Source: Alphaproteobacteria bacterium | GTDB taxonomy: Bacteria; Pseudomonadota; Alphaproteobacteria; SP197 | DNA length: 64,000 nucleotides | Reading direction: 5' to 3' | Assembly: GCA_965228895.1 (NCBI GenBank) | Contig: OZ245842.1 | Location: 384,001-448,000, forward strand | Shown here: piece by piece, positions 18,848 to 27,962 of the stretch | Layout: every line of letters begins with the position of its first letter | Numbering within the stretch: position 1 is the stretch's first letter | Program-made: the position numbers and the translations under genes | Notes under the pieces: model-generated | What the model was told of the DNA's origin: nothing | The model's input: the letters and a program-made list of their open reading frames with translations, nothing else | Databases searched by the model: none

Positions 18848-21046
18848 CTAGAGGGGAGGCACCGGCCGCACGCTAACCGGTATGTTGCCCATGCGAGGCT
18901 GACCGGTGTAGCGGTCGACGCCGTCGTCGACACGGAGCAAGCGACCAGAATTCGTGCCGCGTTCGCGGACCTGCTCGTCCTGTTCGTCTGGCAGGCCGCC
19001 ATAAGTTGGCGCCATGGATACGACGCCGGCCCGAAGACTTTCATCAGGTTGCACGATGCTCCGGATCGACCCGTACTCGGAGTGGATCTCGACCAAATCA
19101 CCTGCGGAGAGACCTGCGCGATCGAGATCGTTGGGGTGCATGAAGGCCGGGTTGTAGGGCCATTTGCGCCGCAGCCCATGGAGGTCCTGACCATTCGAGT
19201 TGTAGGTACGGATTAAACGTCCGTTGATGAGGCGATAGGGATAGCGCTCGTCTACCTCGCCGTGATCGGTTTCTACGAAACAGGCCGCTGCTTGCGCAAG
19301 ATCCGCCAACATTTCGGAGTTGGCCGCGTCAAGACGCTCGGTCCAGCCGGCCTCGCGGCCCGTCACCACCATCGACTCGTTGCGGAAGATGGCACCGTGG
19401 GGATGTTTCTTGACTTCGGCGAGCGGTATTCGCGCATCACGCGTCAGAATCTCGAAGAGCGTGTCGGTGCTCGGTCGCGACACCATGTCGAGATCGACCT
19501 TGCCGCCTGTGGAGGTTGTCCCCGGCGCGGCTGCCGGTTCGATTGCGAGGCCGAGGCCCATGCGCTGCGCCAGGGCATAGAAGAACTCCCAGTCCTCAAT
19601 GACGTCCGCGCCTTCGGGAGGCTTGACGAGTGGCGGCGTGTACTGCGCGTAGGCGTCCTTGTACCCCATTCCGGCGGCGTAGAAGCTGAACAGCTCCTGG
19701 GACAAGGTCATGCCCGCCATCTCAAGCGGAAGCTTCGGTGCAATGACATAGTCTGCAAGACGCGCCGTTGCGGAGAACTTGATGTCGATCTGCACCAGCA
19801 GATCGAGTGCCTTGAGTGCACGTACGTTGAGGTCTTGATCGGGAATGGTCAGGGCAGGGTTGCCGGCGACACTGAGGAGGGCGCGAACCTGCCCGTCTCC
19901 CTCAAGCAGGATTTCCTCTGCAAGGGCAGAGGCCTGCAGCCCGCCGTCGCAATTAGCGATATCGCGCACCCGGAGTTGCGGGCCATAACCGTAGCCGCGG
20001 CGGTGCGGCGCTTCCGCCTGTGCGACCGCGGAAAAAGGAGCCGTCAGGGTTCCGGTATGCGTCACGGGATCGCCCGCACGGCTCCACTGCCCGCAGACCG
20101 TGTTGAGGGCGAGGACCAAATACTCAAAGAGCGTGCCCTGACCGTTGAAGCTGGGAGCCGTACCGGCGGTGGCGACGCCGCAGCCCGCAGCAAAAGTCCG
20201 CGCTGCCTCCACCAGATCGGCGACCGGAACACCCGCCCGCTTCGCGACCAACTCGGGCTCGTAGTGCGCCACAGCCGCCCGCAGCGCCTCGAGGCCCGTC
20301 ACGTTTTCTTCGACAAAGTCCGCGTCGTGCAATTCTTCGCGCAGGATCACGTTCAGCATCGCCGCGACCAGGGAGAGGTCGTGGCCAGGCCGGCACTGCA
20401 GATGGATATGCGCGCGTCGAGCCGTCTCGGTCCGGCGCGGATCGATCACGATGAGACGCATTCCCCGGGCGATGGCGGCGGTCAGTTCGCGGCCCGGATT
20501 CGCGATCGGCAGACCCATCTGGAAGGAGACGAGCGGGTTGGCGCCGATCAGGAGGGTCACGTCCCGTGTCTCGAAGGCCGGCGGCGGCGCCTGCCAACGT
20601 CCATGCAGCGCCTGGGCGACGGCCTTGCCCGGCTGGTCGATGGAGTTCGCATCGAACACCAGTGAAGCTCCTATTGCCTCCATGAAGGCGAGTGCGACCG
20701 GCACGGTCGCGGGGTTCACGATGCTGTAGGTGCCCCGATAAAGCGCCACCGAGCGCGGCCCGTGCTCAGCCACGATCTCGCTCAGTCGCCCGGCGATTTC
20801 ATCGACCGCGTCGGAAAACGGTATCGGGCGGAATGTGCCGTCTGGCTTCCGCTTCTGGCTTTGAAGTAGCCGCTCGGGGTGATCCCACTGTTCGGGCACG
20901 TGCTGCCCCTTGATGCAGCAGAAACCCGCATAGGCCGGGTTATCGCGATCGCCACGAACCTTCACCGGGCGTCCGTTCTCGAGCTCCACCAGAACGCCGC
21001 AGCCATTGTCGCAGAAACGACACATCATAGGTTTCGTGGTTCTCAT
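18848..21046 (-). CDS. Molybdopterin-dependent oxidoreductase (DMSO reductase superfamily, single subunit, cytoplasmic)
   Basis: N-terminal CRFCDNGC...C [4Fe-4S] motif; GANP, IDPRRTETA, ADYVI motifs; C-terminal MHP.D...V...GVV molydopterin-dinucleotide domain; no Tat signal. Confidence 0.92.
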   Translation of the reverse strand: MRTTKPMMCRFCDNGCGVLVELENGRPVKVRGDRDNPAYAGFCCIKGQHVPEQWDHPERLLQSQKRKPDGTFRPIPFSDAVDEIAGRLSEIVAEHGPRSVALYRGTYSIVNPATVPVALAFMEAIGASLVFDANSIDQPGKAVAQALHGRWQAPPPAFETRDVTLLIGANPLVSFQMGLPIANPGRELTAAIARGMRLIVIDPRRTETARRAHIHLQCRPGHDLSLVAAMLNVILREELHDADFVEENVTGLEALRAAVAHYEPELVAKRAGVPVADLVEAARTFAAGCGVATAGTAPSFNGQGTLFEYLVLALNTVCGQWSRAGDPVTHTGTLTAPFSAVAQAEAPHRRGYGYGPQLRVRDIANCDGGLQASALAEEILLEGDGQVRALLSVAGNPALTIPDQDLNVRALKALDLLVQIDIKFSATARLADYVIAPKLPLEMAGMTLSQELFSFYAAGMGYKDAYAQYTPPLVKPPEGADVIEDWEFFYALAQRMGLGLAIEPAAAPGTTSTGGKVDLDMVSRPSTDTLFEILTRDARIPLAEVKKHPHGAIFRNESMVVTGREAGWTERLDAANSEMLADLAQAAACFVETDHGEVDERYPYRLINGRLIRTYNSNGQDLHGLRRKWPYNPAFMHPNDLDRAGLSAGDLVEIHSEYGSIRSIVQPDESLRAGVVSMAPTYGGLPDEQDEQVRERGTNSGRLLRVDDGVDRYTGQPRMGNIPVSVRPVPPL

Positions 21047-21313
21047 GAATGTCCTCCGCGGACGACCAATGCCGTTTGCTCTCGCGATGACGGCTGTAGA
21101 ATCTAACGTGAGTGTTTTCGGGTGCTAAGCGTTCTCAAGCGCACAGGACGGTTCCGACAATCAATGATGCCGAACGTGCGGGTTTGTGTTGCTTCACCCA
21201 AGAGGTTCAACGATCGGCATCGCCAGGGCTGCGGCGTTTCCTCGCCCTGTCGCCTTTCCCAAACCTCAGGATGGACCACGTCATCGGGCGAGGATCGCGC
21301 CATCAGATCAGTT

Positions 21314-21739
21314 TCAATAGAATCGACCTTCGACCCAGCTGGTCTCGTAGATCGTATAGACCTTTCGGAACACCTCATGGATTTCCCAGATCATGTCGGA
21401 CTCGGCGGGAACGAAAAAATGGTCGCCGACCGTCAGGTTCATCGCCACACCGGTGTTCGCGTCCGTAAGCGTCGCGCTGCCTTTAACGACGTGGGCGAAC
21501 TCGCTTCCGGGATAGACAACCTTGAACTTTCCAACCGGGCACTCCCACACCCCCGCGCTATAAAGCTGTGTCGGATCGCGAAAGAACACGGTCCCGCGGT
21601 GGTCGTTGGGATTGCCGGCGAGGATATCCTCCGGCGGGAAGTCGGGCCAGGGCTCAAGGGGAATGTTCGCGAGATCCCGGTCGAGCACGGTTGCGGTGTA
21701 CGAACCCATTGGTGTTTGAACAGCGAGAGCATCGCTCAT
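21314..21739 (-). CDS. Cupin domain protein (DUF861/EutQ-like)
   Basis: SAGVWECPVGKF...EF.HV..G...GD.FFVP...WEI...RK.Y. Confidence 0.88.
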   Translation of the reverse strand: MSDALAVQTPMGSYTATVLDRDLANIPLEPWPDFPPEDILAGNPNDHRGTVFFRDPTQLYSAGVWECPVGKFKVVYPGSEFAHVVKGSATLTDANTGVAMNLTVGDHFFVPAESDMIWEIHEVFRKVYTIYETSWVEGRFY

Positions 21740-21768
21740 GATAACTCCTTTCGTTTGACGTCAAACGT

Positions 21769-22899
21769 TCAACCGGCGAGCTGGACCTCTTCATACATCT
21801 TGATGTAGCGGTTCAGGACATCGGGCGGCCACGACTGCCACGGCAGTGCCTTGGCCAGGAATTCCGCGATATCACCGTCAAGGCCCATCGCCTTGAGTAT
21901 CGCCGGATCGACGATGTCGTAGGTCAGGAGGTTCGCGTGGCCGTAGCCGTAGACCTCGATCAGAAACTTGCCGGCTTCGGGTGAATTCCAGGCGTTGATG
22001 AAGTCATAGGCGGCCTGTTCATCACCTTTCCCGTTCGTGGTCATGACAAGCCCACAGGCCCAGGAAATGATCCCACCCTTGGGGTTCAGCATGTACTCGA
22101 CGGGAACGCCGGCCTCCTGGAGACGATAGACCGGCCCGCTCCAGAAGTAAGAGGCGACAACCTCGCCGGACGACATCATGGCCTCGCCGTCCGTCTCGAC
22201 CGTCCAGTAGGAACGCAGCAGCGCCTTCTGGCGCAGCAGGACCTCTTTCATCTGCTCAACCTGCTCGTTGGTGACGTCGGTCGTATCGCGAATACCGAGA
22301 ATCATCGCGGCGAAAGCGACCGCCGCATCGACGGAGTCCCACATCGACAGGCGCCCAGCATGGGATTCGTCAAGCAGAAGCTCCCACGATTTTTCTTCGG
22401 CATAGGCCGGGTCGATCACGTCCGTGCGATAGGCAATCGAGTGGGTACCCCAGTCGTTGGCCACAAAAATCGGTTGTCCGTCCGCCATCGTTCCCGGCAC
22501 ATCCCGAAGCGCCGGGATCAAATCGTCCCAGTACTGCAACCGTGATGTGTCGATCTTGTTGATGACGTCGGCGTCGTACCAGCGCTGAACGACGGTGTTG
22601 CAGGGATGAGCGACATCGGCAGCATAACCCTGGCGCAGCTTGGTGAGAGCCTCCTCCTCGTGGGCAAAAAATGTGACATCGGGCGAGCCGCCGTATTTCT
22701 CCACGTATGCCGGATGCAGTTCGGGAATCTCGTAGCCGGCCCAGGTAAAATAGGTGATCTCCTCAGCACTGCGCGCCAGGCCGGGAACCAGTGGCACGGC
22801 GACGGAAGCGAGCCCGAGCGATGCGAGATAACGGTTAAAGGCGCGACGGTCGGTTCGCGACGCGCGGATGAGATCGTGAAGTCTGCTGCTGTCCACCAA
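21769..22899 (-). CDS. PotD/PotF-type polyamine/amine ABC substrate-binding protein with Tat signal
   Basis: TDRRAF twin-arginine leader; FTWAGYE, WGT..IAY, PKGG..SW and AYDFIN motifs. No cognate permease is adjacent. Confidence 0.9.
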   Translation of the reverse strand: MVDSSRLHDLIRASRTDRRAFNRYLASLGLASVAVPLVPGLARSAEEITYFTWAGYEIPELHPAYVEKYGGSPDVTFFAHEEEALTKLRQGYAADVAHPCNTVVQRWYDADVINKIDTSRLQYWDDLIPALRDVPGTMADGQPIFVANDWGTHSIAYRTDVIDPAYAEEKSWELLLDESHAGRLSMWDSVDAAVAFAAMILGIRDTTDVTNEQVEQMKEVLLRQKALLRSYWTVETDGEAMMSSGEVVASYFWSGPVYRLQEAGVPVEYMLNPKGGIISWACGLVMTTNGKGDEQAAYDFINAWNSPEAGKFLIEVYGYGHANLLTYDIVDPAILKAMGLDGDIAEFLAKALPWQSWPPDVLNRYIKMYEEVQLAG

Positions 22900-22981
22900 T
22901 CGGGTCCTCCCTAAACCGTAGAGCGATCGACGTGGGTGCGATCGTTTCGCGCAGCGTTGCCAATGTGGCGACTTACGTCAA

Positions 22982-23007
22982 TAATTATTTATCAAAATAA
23001 ATAGTTA
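22982..23007. promoter_or_regulatory. Putative TetR/BetI-type operator
   Basis: TAAtTATTTAT-CAAA-ATAAATAgTTA inverted repeat between the divergent SBP and TetR genes. Confidence 0.6.
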
Positions 23008-23261
23008 CTGATAAGCCATATATTGCAATGTGTTGACGGCATCGTGATCGGCATCCATGATCCCTGGCTTGGTCGCTATGACGTGATCAAGCTCGACGGC
23101 TGCAAGGTTTGACGATCCGTCGCGACGGCTTTGATGTGCCGGAAAAGATCGGAATTTTGGTGCTGGGAAAGCCAATGGGAACGAGCAAACGTGTTGGACG
23201 GCGCGTAGAACAAGTCCAAGTCGCCTTGTCGCGAGGCAAGTCGCATTCGTGCGACAAGGCA

Positions 23262-23909
23262 GTGCGATGGCAACGCAAGTCACGGGCCGACCGACGGCAG
23301 AGTCTTATCGACGCGACGATCAGGGTTATCGCCGCATACGGTATCAGCGATTGCAGCCTTGAGCGGGTCGCTGCAGCCGCGGGCGTATCACATGGTCTGA
23401 TCCGGCACTATTTCGGCGGTAAGGGCGCGCTGCTTGTGGCCGCCTATCAGGAGCTTGCTGATACGTTCCTGGCGACGCTCGATGAGGCCGTTCGCGCGTG
23501 CGACGGCGACGCCATGGCTTGCCTGGATGCCTATGTCGAGGTTGTCCATGATCCATTTGTCGTCAGCGAAGACCATGCGCTCTCCTGGTTTGGCCTGTGG
23601 TACGAGGCGCGCAGCAATCCCGAAGTTCATGCCATCAACAGGGAGTTCCAGGCCCAGTACCTCGACTACATAGAGAATCTCGTACGGATGGCCGCGACAG
23701 AGCGAGGCATCGATGTCGATGTCCAACTCGTCGCGCGGGGCTTGGTCGCACTGACAGATGGTCTGTGGCAGGAACTCATGATCGACCACACGGCATTTGG
23801 CACGCAGGTCGCCAAGGAGGTCTGCGATGATTATCTGGCCCGCCATTTCGATCCGGGCTGCAAGGCTAAATCGCGGTCGTTGGCAGGGTCGGCGAGCGTA
23901 AGCCGATGA
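23262..23909 (+). CDS. TetR family regulator, BetI-like
   Basis: RRQSLIDATIRVIA..G...VA..AGVSHGLIRHYFGGK; C-terminal ALTDGLW. Start uncertain (ORF is open from 23109). Confidence 0.88.
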   Translation: MRWQRKSRADRRQSLIDATIRVIAAYGISDCSLERVAAAAGVSHGLIRHYFGGKGALLVAAYQELADTFLATLDEAVRACDGDAMACLDAYVEVVHDPFVVSEDHALSWFGLWYEARSNPEVHAINREFQAQYLDYIENLVRMAATERGIDVDVQLVARGLVALTDGLWQELMIDHTAFGTQVAKEVCDDYLARHFDPGCKAKSRSLAGSASVSR

Positions 23910-23967
23910 CAGCGCTGTCGTTCAAGCGCCACCGGTTCTCACCCACCAACGAGAGAGAGTAGGCACC

Positions 23968-25200
23968 ATGAACGTCATCTCCTGCGGCCCGCGCACCGAT
24001 GACATCTGGCGCACCGTGTCCGACGAGGTTCTGGAGCGGCTGGGCCGCGACACCGCCGAAGCCCGCGGCCTGCCCAACGCCGCCTTCACGGACGCCGACT
24101 TTCTTGAACTGGAGAAGAAGCGTCTGTTCGCGCGCAGTTGGGTCTTTGCCGCCCCGGCGAGCCTGATACCGGGTCACGGCGACGTCCTGCCGCTCAGGAT
24201 CGCCGGTCGGCCCGTGATCCTCGTGCGTGACGGCGACGGTACGGTCCGCGCATTCCACAACGTCTGTCCGCACCGTGGCACCCGTCTCGTGACCGAGGGG
24301 AAGCGCGGTAAGGCGGTGCTTACCTGTCCCTACCACGCGTGGTCCTTCGGCCTAGACGGCACGCTTAATGGCCGTCCACACTATCACGGTCCCAACCAGC
24401 ACGAGACCGGACCCGCCAACGAAGCGGGTCAGCCCTGCCTGTTCGAGATCCGCAGCGCGACATGGCACGACTGGGTTTTCGTGAATCTCGACGGCGAGGC
24501 CGAGCCGTTCGAGTCCTTTATCGCTCCAGTCGAACAGCAGTTCGAGGGATACGACCTCTCCACCTTTCGCCGCGAAGAGCGCGAAATGCGGTTCGAGTTC
24601 GCGAGCAACTGGAAACTCGTTGCCGAGAACTACTGCGACTTCTACCACGTGTTTTCCGTTCATCCCGCGCTTGACGCTGCCATGTCGCCGCAGATGCGGC
24701 GGGCGATGTGGCCGGGCGGCTGCCACATGTTCAACGGCTACAGCTTCGAGGGCAGCGGCATCACCATCGAAGACGAAGCCCTGAATCTGCCCAAGCAGCC
24801 CGGTCTTCCGCCGGACCGAACCAGCAGCATGGTCTTCGGCCTGGTCTTCCCCAATGTCGCGATTAACGTCTACCCTGAGAGCCTGCAGTTCTCGCTGTTC
24901 GAGCCGGCCGGAGTCGACCGCACGATCATGCGCATGTGGTTCTATTACGTGGCAGATGCGGCAGAACATCCCGACTTCGCTGCAGCCCGCGACCGCGTCT
25001 ACAACGAATGGGCAGCGCTGAACGCTGAGGACGAGGGTATCTGCCGGCAGCTTCAGGAAGGCCGCGCATGCGAGGCCTATGATGGCGGCCGGATGGCACC
25101 CTACTGGGACAGCGGAACGATCCATTTCCACAAGCAGATTGCACTCGCGATCCGTCATGAGGGCGCATTTTCTGCGGCAACGTCCACAGGCGATCGGTGA
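23968..25200 (+). CDS. Rieske oxygenase alpha subunit (close paralog of 400..1626)
   Basis: CPHRG...CPYHAW; ENYCDFYH...HP; shares EDE.ICR.LQEGR.C.AYDGGR.APYWD.GT.HFHKQ with 400..1626. Confidence 0.92.
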   Translation: MNVISCGPRTDDIWRTVSDEVLERLGRDTAEARGLPNAAFTDADFLELEKKRLFARSWVFAAPASLIPGHGDVLPLRIAGRPVILVRDGDGTVRAFHNVCPHRGTRLVTEGKRGKAVLTCPYHAWSFGLDGTLNGRPHYHGPNQHETGPANEAGQPCLFEIRSATWHDWVFVNLDGEAEPFESFIAPVEQQFEGYDLSTFRREEREMRFEFASNWKLVAENYCDFYHVFSVHPALDAAMSPQMRRAMWPGGCHMFNGYSFEGSGITIEDEALNLPKQPGLPPDRTSSMVFGLVFPNVAINVYPESLQFSLFEPAGVDRTIMRMWFYYVADAAEHPDFAAARDRVYNEWAALNAEDEGICRQLQEGRACEAYDGGRMAPYWDSGTIHFHKQIALAIRHEGAFSAATSTGDR

Positions 25201-25366
25201 GCCTCCGGGAGCGTTGACGTCTTTGTGAGCGTCGGCGGTCCCGTTCTCGGAGCGGCTGACCAAATATGGACGGTAATGTTAGAACGCCAATCCGACGGAT
25301 CAGCGCTGAGAACCTCTCATCGCGCGCGCCGCGCCGACCCGGCGCGGGCCGCCGGCCCGAACCCGC

Positions 25367-25789
25367 TCAACCGGCCGTGTACGGTGCAACCTCATTGTCG
25401 CGTTGAGGCAGACCGTCCGTAATCTCGTAGTAGCAGCCTTTGCTGCTCGCATAGGCGTGATTGGTCATGTAGAGGGAGTTGGGCTCGTCAACCGATGCTG
25501 CCAAGAGCGCCAAAAAATCGTCGTCGTTGCTTCGCCAGAACAGGGTCGAACCGCAAACCGAGCAAAATCCGCGCTCACCGGCATCAGTCGCACTGAACCA
25601 TGACACGGATTCCGCACCTTCGATCTCTGTTCGGCTGGTCCTGCCATCGACAAAAGCGTAGCGGTGGCCGGATTGCTTCCGGCACTGTGAACAATGGCAT
25701 TCGATTACCTGAGGCCGAACGCCGGCGGCGCGGTAACGCACAGCACCGCAGTAACAGCCTCCGGTCACCTTACATGTCGATTTTTCCAT
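25367..25789 (-). CDS. GFA/CENP-V family zinc protein
   Basis: GGCYCGAVRY, CHCSQCRK, RGFCSVCGS; ATG 25789 follows AGGAG. Confidence 0.9.
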   Translation of the reverse strand: MEKSTCKVTGGCYCGAVRYRAAGVRPQVIECHCSQCRKQSGHRYAFVDGRTSRTEIEGAESVSWFSATDAGERGFCSVCGSTLFWRSNDDDFLALLAASVDEPNSLYMTNHAYASSKGCYYEITDGLPQRDNEVAPYTAG

Positions 25790-26055
25790 CTGGTCTCCTT
25801 GTCGCTCGATTTGGCATTGTGCGAACGCAGTTACAGCAACATCGACGATCCGCGTTCTGCTATGCATGTCGAACGTTGCGATCTGCACGTCCTTCAACTC
25901 ATTGGCTTTTGGCTGTGGCCTTAGCGGATTGCTGATATGACCGAGGTTGCGATTCCGCTTACGTCGATACCTTTCAGTGTTGCACAGCCATTACATCGCC
26001 TGCAAAGATCGGTGGGACTGACCACAGGCAGCACAGCATTGCAGCTAGCCGACAA

Positions 26056-27009
26056 ATGACAGTAGCGAATGACACCGTCCATTGTGGAGGTTGCCTTTGT
26101 GGTGCCATGCGCTATTCCGCAACTTTCGGCGCTTCCAAGACGGCCGCCCATTGCCATTGCGACATGTGCCGCAAGGTGTCTGGTGGCACATTCACAACGT
26201 GGGTCGAGTTTCAGGCCGAGACGTTTAGGATCACCAACGGCGATCCTGTCCGATTTCGGTCCTCCGATCTTGCAGAGCGAATGTTCTGTGGGCGCTGCGG
26301 GTGCCAGCTGACGTTTCACGCGGTGGGTGATCCCAAGGGTCCACCCGGATCGATTTGGATCACGCTTGGCAGCCTTGACAGGCCAGACGCGATTGAACCC
26401 ACTCAGCAAATATTCACAGATAACCAACTCCCTTGGCTGCACCTCAGTGATGCTTTGCCGCAGTGGTCAACGCAGATGCCCTGGATTAGAACGGACGAAG
26501 AGTTACCTCATCAGACAACATCAAACGCAGAAACAACTCACCCCCATGCTGCATCTCGAATGCAGAGCGAAACGCGTGGGGGCGGGTGCCTTTGTGGTTC
26601 AATACGTTACCGCTACGCTTGCGGCGGTACCGAGCGCACCGGTCATTGCCACTGCCACATGTGCCGAAAGTCGACGGGCGCGACACTGGTCAGCTGGACC
26701 TATGTCCCGTCAAAGAGCTTTGATTTTGTCAAAGGTAAACCAACGCGTACTCGGTCATCGCGACTAGCAGAGCGAACATTTTGCGGAACATGCGGCTGCC
26801 ACTTTACGGTTCAGGCAATGAGTGAATCAGACGCCGCTGCGGATGACCTGCGGATCAGTGTTGGTAGTCACGATCGGCCGCAAGACCTCCACCCTTCATT
26901 TCATATGTTTACCAATGAAAAGCTGACCTGTAACCGAACTGATGACGGCCTGAACCGCTGGCCGAATGAGCCTGCCAATCTTTACACGCGAGACGACCAT
27001 GTAAACTGA
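26056..27009 (+). CDS. Tandem double-GFA domain protein
   Basis: Two complete sets of GGCLCG / CHC.MCRK / R.FCG.CG motifs joined by a linker. Confidence 0.88.
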   Translation: MTVANDTVHCGGCLCGAMRYSATFGASKTAAHCHCDMCRKVSGGTFTTWVEFQAETFRITNGDPVRFRSSDLAERMFCGRCGCQLTFHAVGDPKGPPGSIWITLGSLDRPDAIEPTQQIFTDNQLPWLHLSDALPQWSTQMPWIRTDEELPHQTTSNAETTHPHAASRMQSETRGGGCLCGSIRYRYACGGTERTGHCHCHMCRKSTGATLVSWTYVPSKSFDFVKGKPTRTRSSRLAERTFCGTCGCHFTVQAMSESDAAADDLRISVGSHDRPQDLHPSFHMFTNEKLTCNRTDDGLNRWPNEPANLYTRDDHVN

Positions 27010-27119
27010 GATCAAATCGAGAAATGACGTCGAGACGGCCGCTTTGTCCGCGATCCTCGTCGGTCGCGTCGACCCTAGATCTCCGTCCGACCGGCAGTCG
27101 AAACATCAAGGAAGCAGGA

Positions 27120-27941
27120 ATGCCCATGTCCGATCAACCCCACGATAACGAGTACGACGACAACGTGGTCGCATCGCTCCAACTAATCTATGGCGATGGC
27201 TTTATCGCGCCGGGTGGACCGGAGGAAGTTCCTAACATCGTCAAAGGTATCGACCTGAAAGGTAAACTCGTGCTCGATATCGGCTGTGGCATCGGTGGTA
27301 TCGACGTCCTGCTAGCGCGCGACTACGGCTGTGATGTTATTGGCCTTGATGTTGAGGCCCCCTTACTTGGCAGCGCACGCGAGCGCGCGGCATCAAGCGG
27401 CTTGAGCGATCGCATTGAGTTCCGCCTGGTCGAGCCTGGCCCCCTGCCGCTTGATGACCAATGTGTTGATGTTGTCTTCAGCAAAGATGCGTGGATACAT
27501 GTCTCTGACAAACAAGCGCTTCTTTCTGATGTCTATCGCGTACTGCGGCCCGGCGGCTGGGTTCTGGCTGCCGATTGGTGCTGTGGCCCTGATCCCTTTA
27601 GCGCCGACATGGAGTACTTCTTCGAGCTTGAAGGCTTGACCTATCACATGGTGACTCTTGACTACTACGGCAGTGCACTACGCGATTGTGGCTTCGTCGA
27701 CGTTGAATTGAGAGACATTACAGATCGGTTCAAATCTCTGTCGCAGGGTCAGTATGATCGTATTACTGGGCCGTTGGACGGCCGACTGCGCGAGTTGTTA
27801 GGTGACAAAGGCGCCGAGAGAATTGTCGAAAACTGGCGCCAACTCTTTGTCGTCATCGACAACGGCGAGCTGCGGCCAGGGCATATGCGAGCCCGCAAGC
27901 CCGTTCTTTCGCAACAATCAGTGTCCCTGGGATCAGGGTGA
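27120..27941 (+). CDS. SAM-dependent methyltransferase (phosphoethanolamine or sarcosine/dimethylglycine N-methyltransferase-like)
   Basis: YGDGFIAPGG, VLDIGCGIGG, DVVFSKDAWIH, VLRPGG motifs. Confidence 0.85.
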   Translation: MPMSDQPHDNEYDDNVVASLQLIYGDGFIAPGGPEEVPNIVKGIDLKGKLVLDIGCGIGGIDVLLARDYGCDVIGLDVEAPLLGSARERAASSGLSDRIEFRLVEPGPLPLDDQCVDVVFSKDAWIHVSDKQALLSDVYRVLRPGGWVLAADWCCGPDPFSADMEYFFELEGLTYHMVTLDYYGSALRDCGFVDVELRDITDRFKSLSQGQYDRITGPLDGRLRELLGDKGAERIVENWRQLFVVIDNGELRPGHMRARKPVLSQQSVSLGSG

Positions 27942-27962
27942 TCAGCGCGCCGTGACAGTGCG

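Noticed and set aside
18544-19194. 216-aa minus ORF spanning dif-like site 2
   Set aside because: It overlaps the molybdo-enzyme out of frame and has no motifs.
400-25200. Specific gene names (cntA, gbcA, stc2, tmd, tmoX) for the Rieske, dehydrogenase and SBP genes
   Set aside because: Family membership is clear, but orthology and substrate cannot be established by eye.
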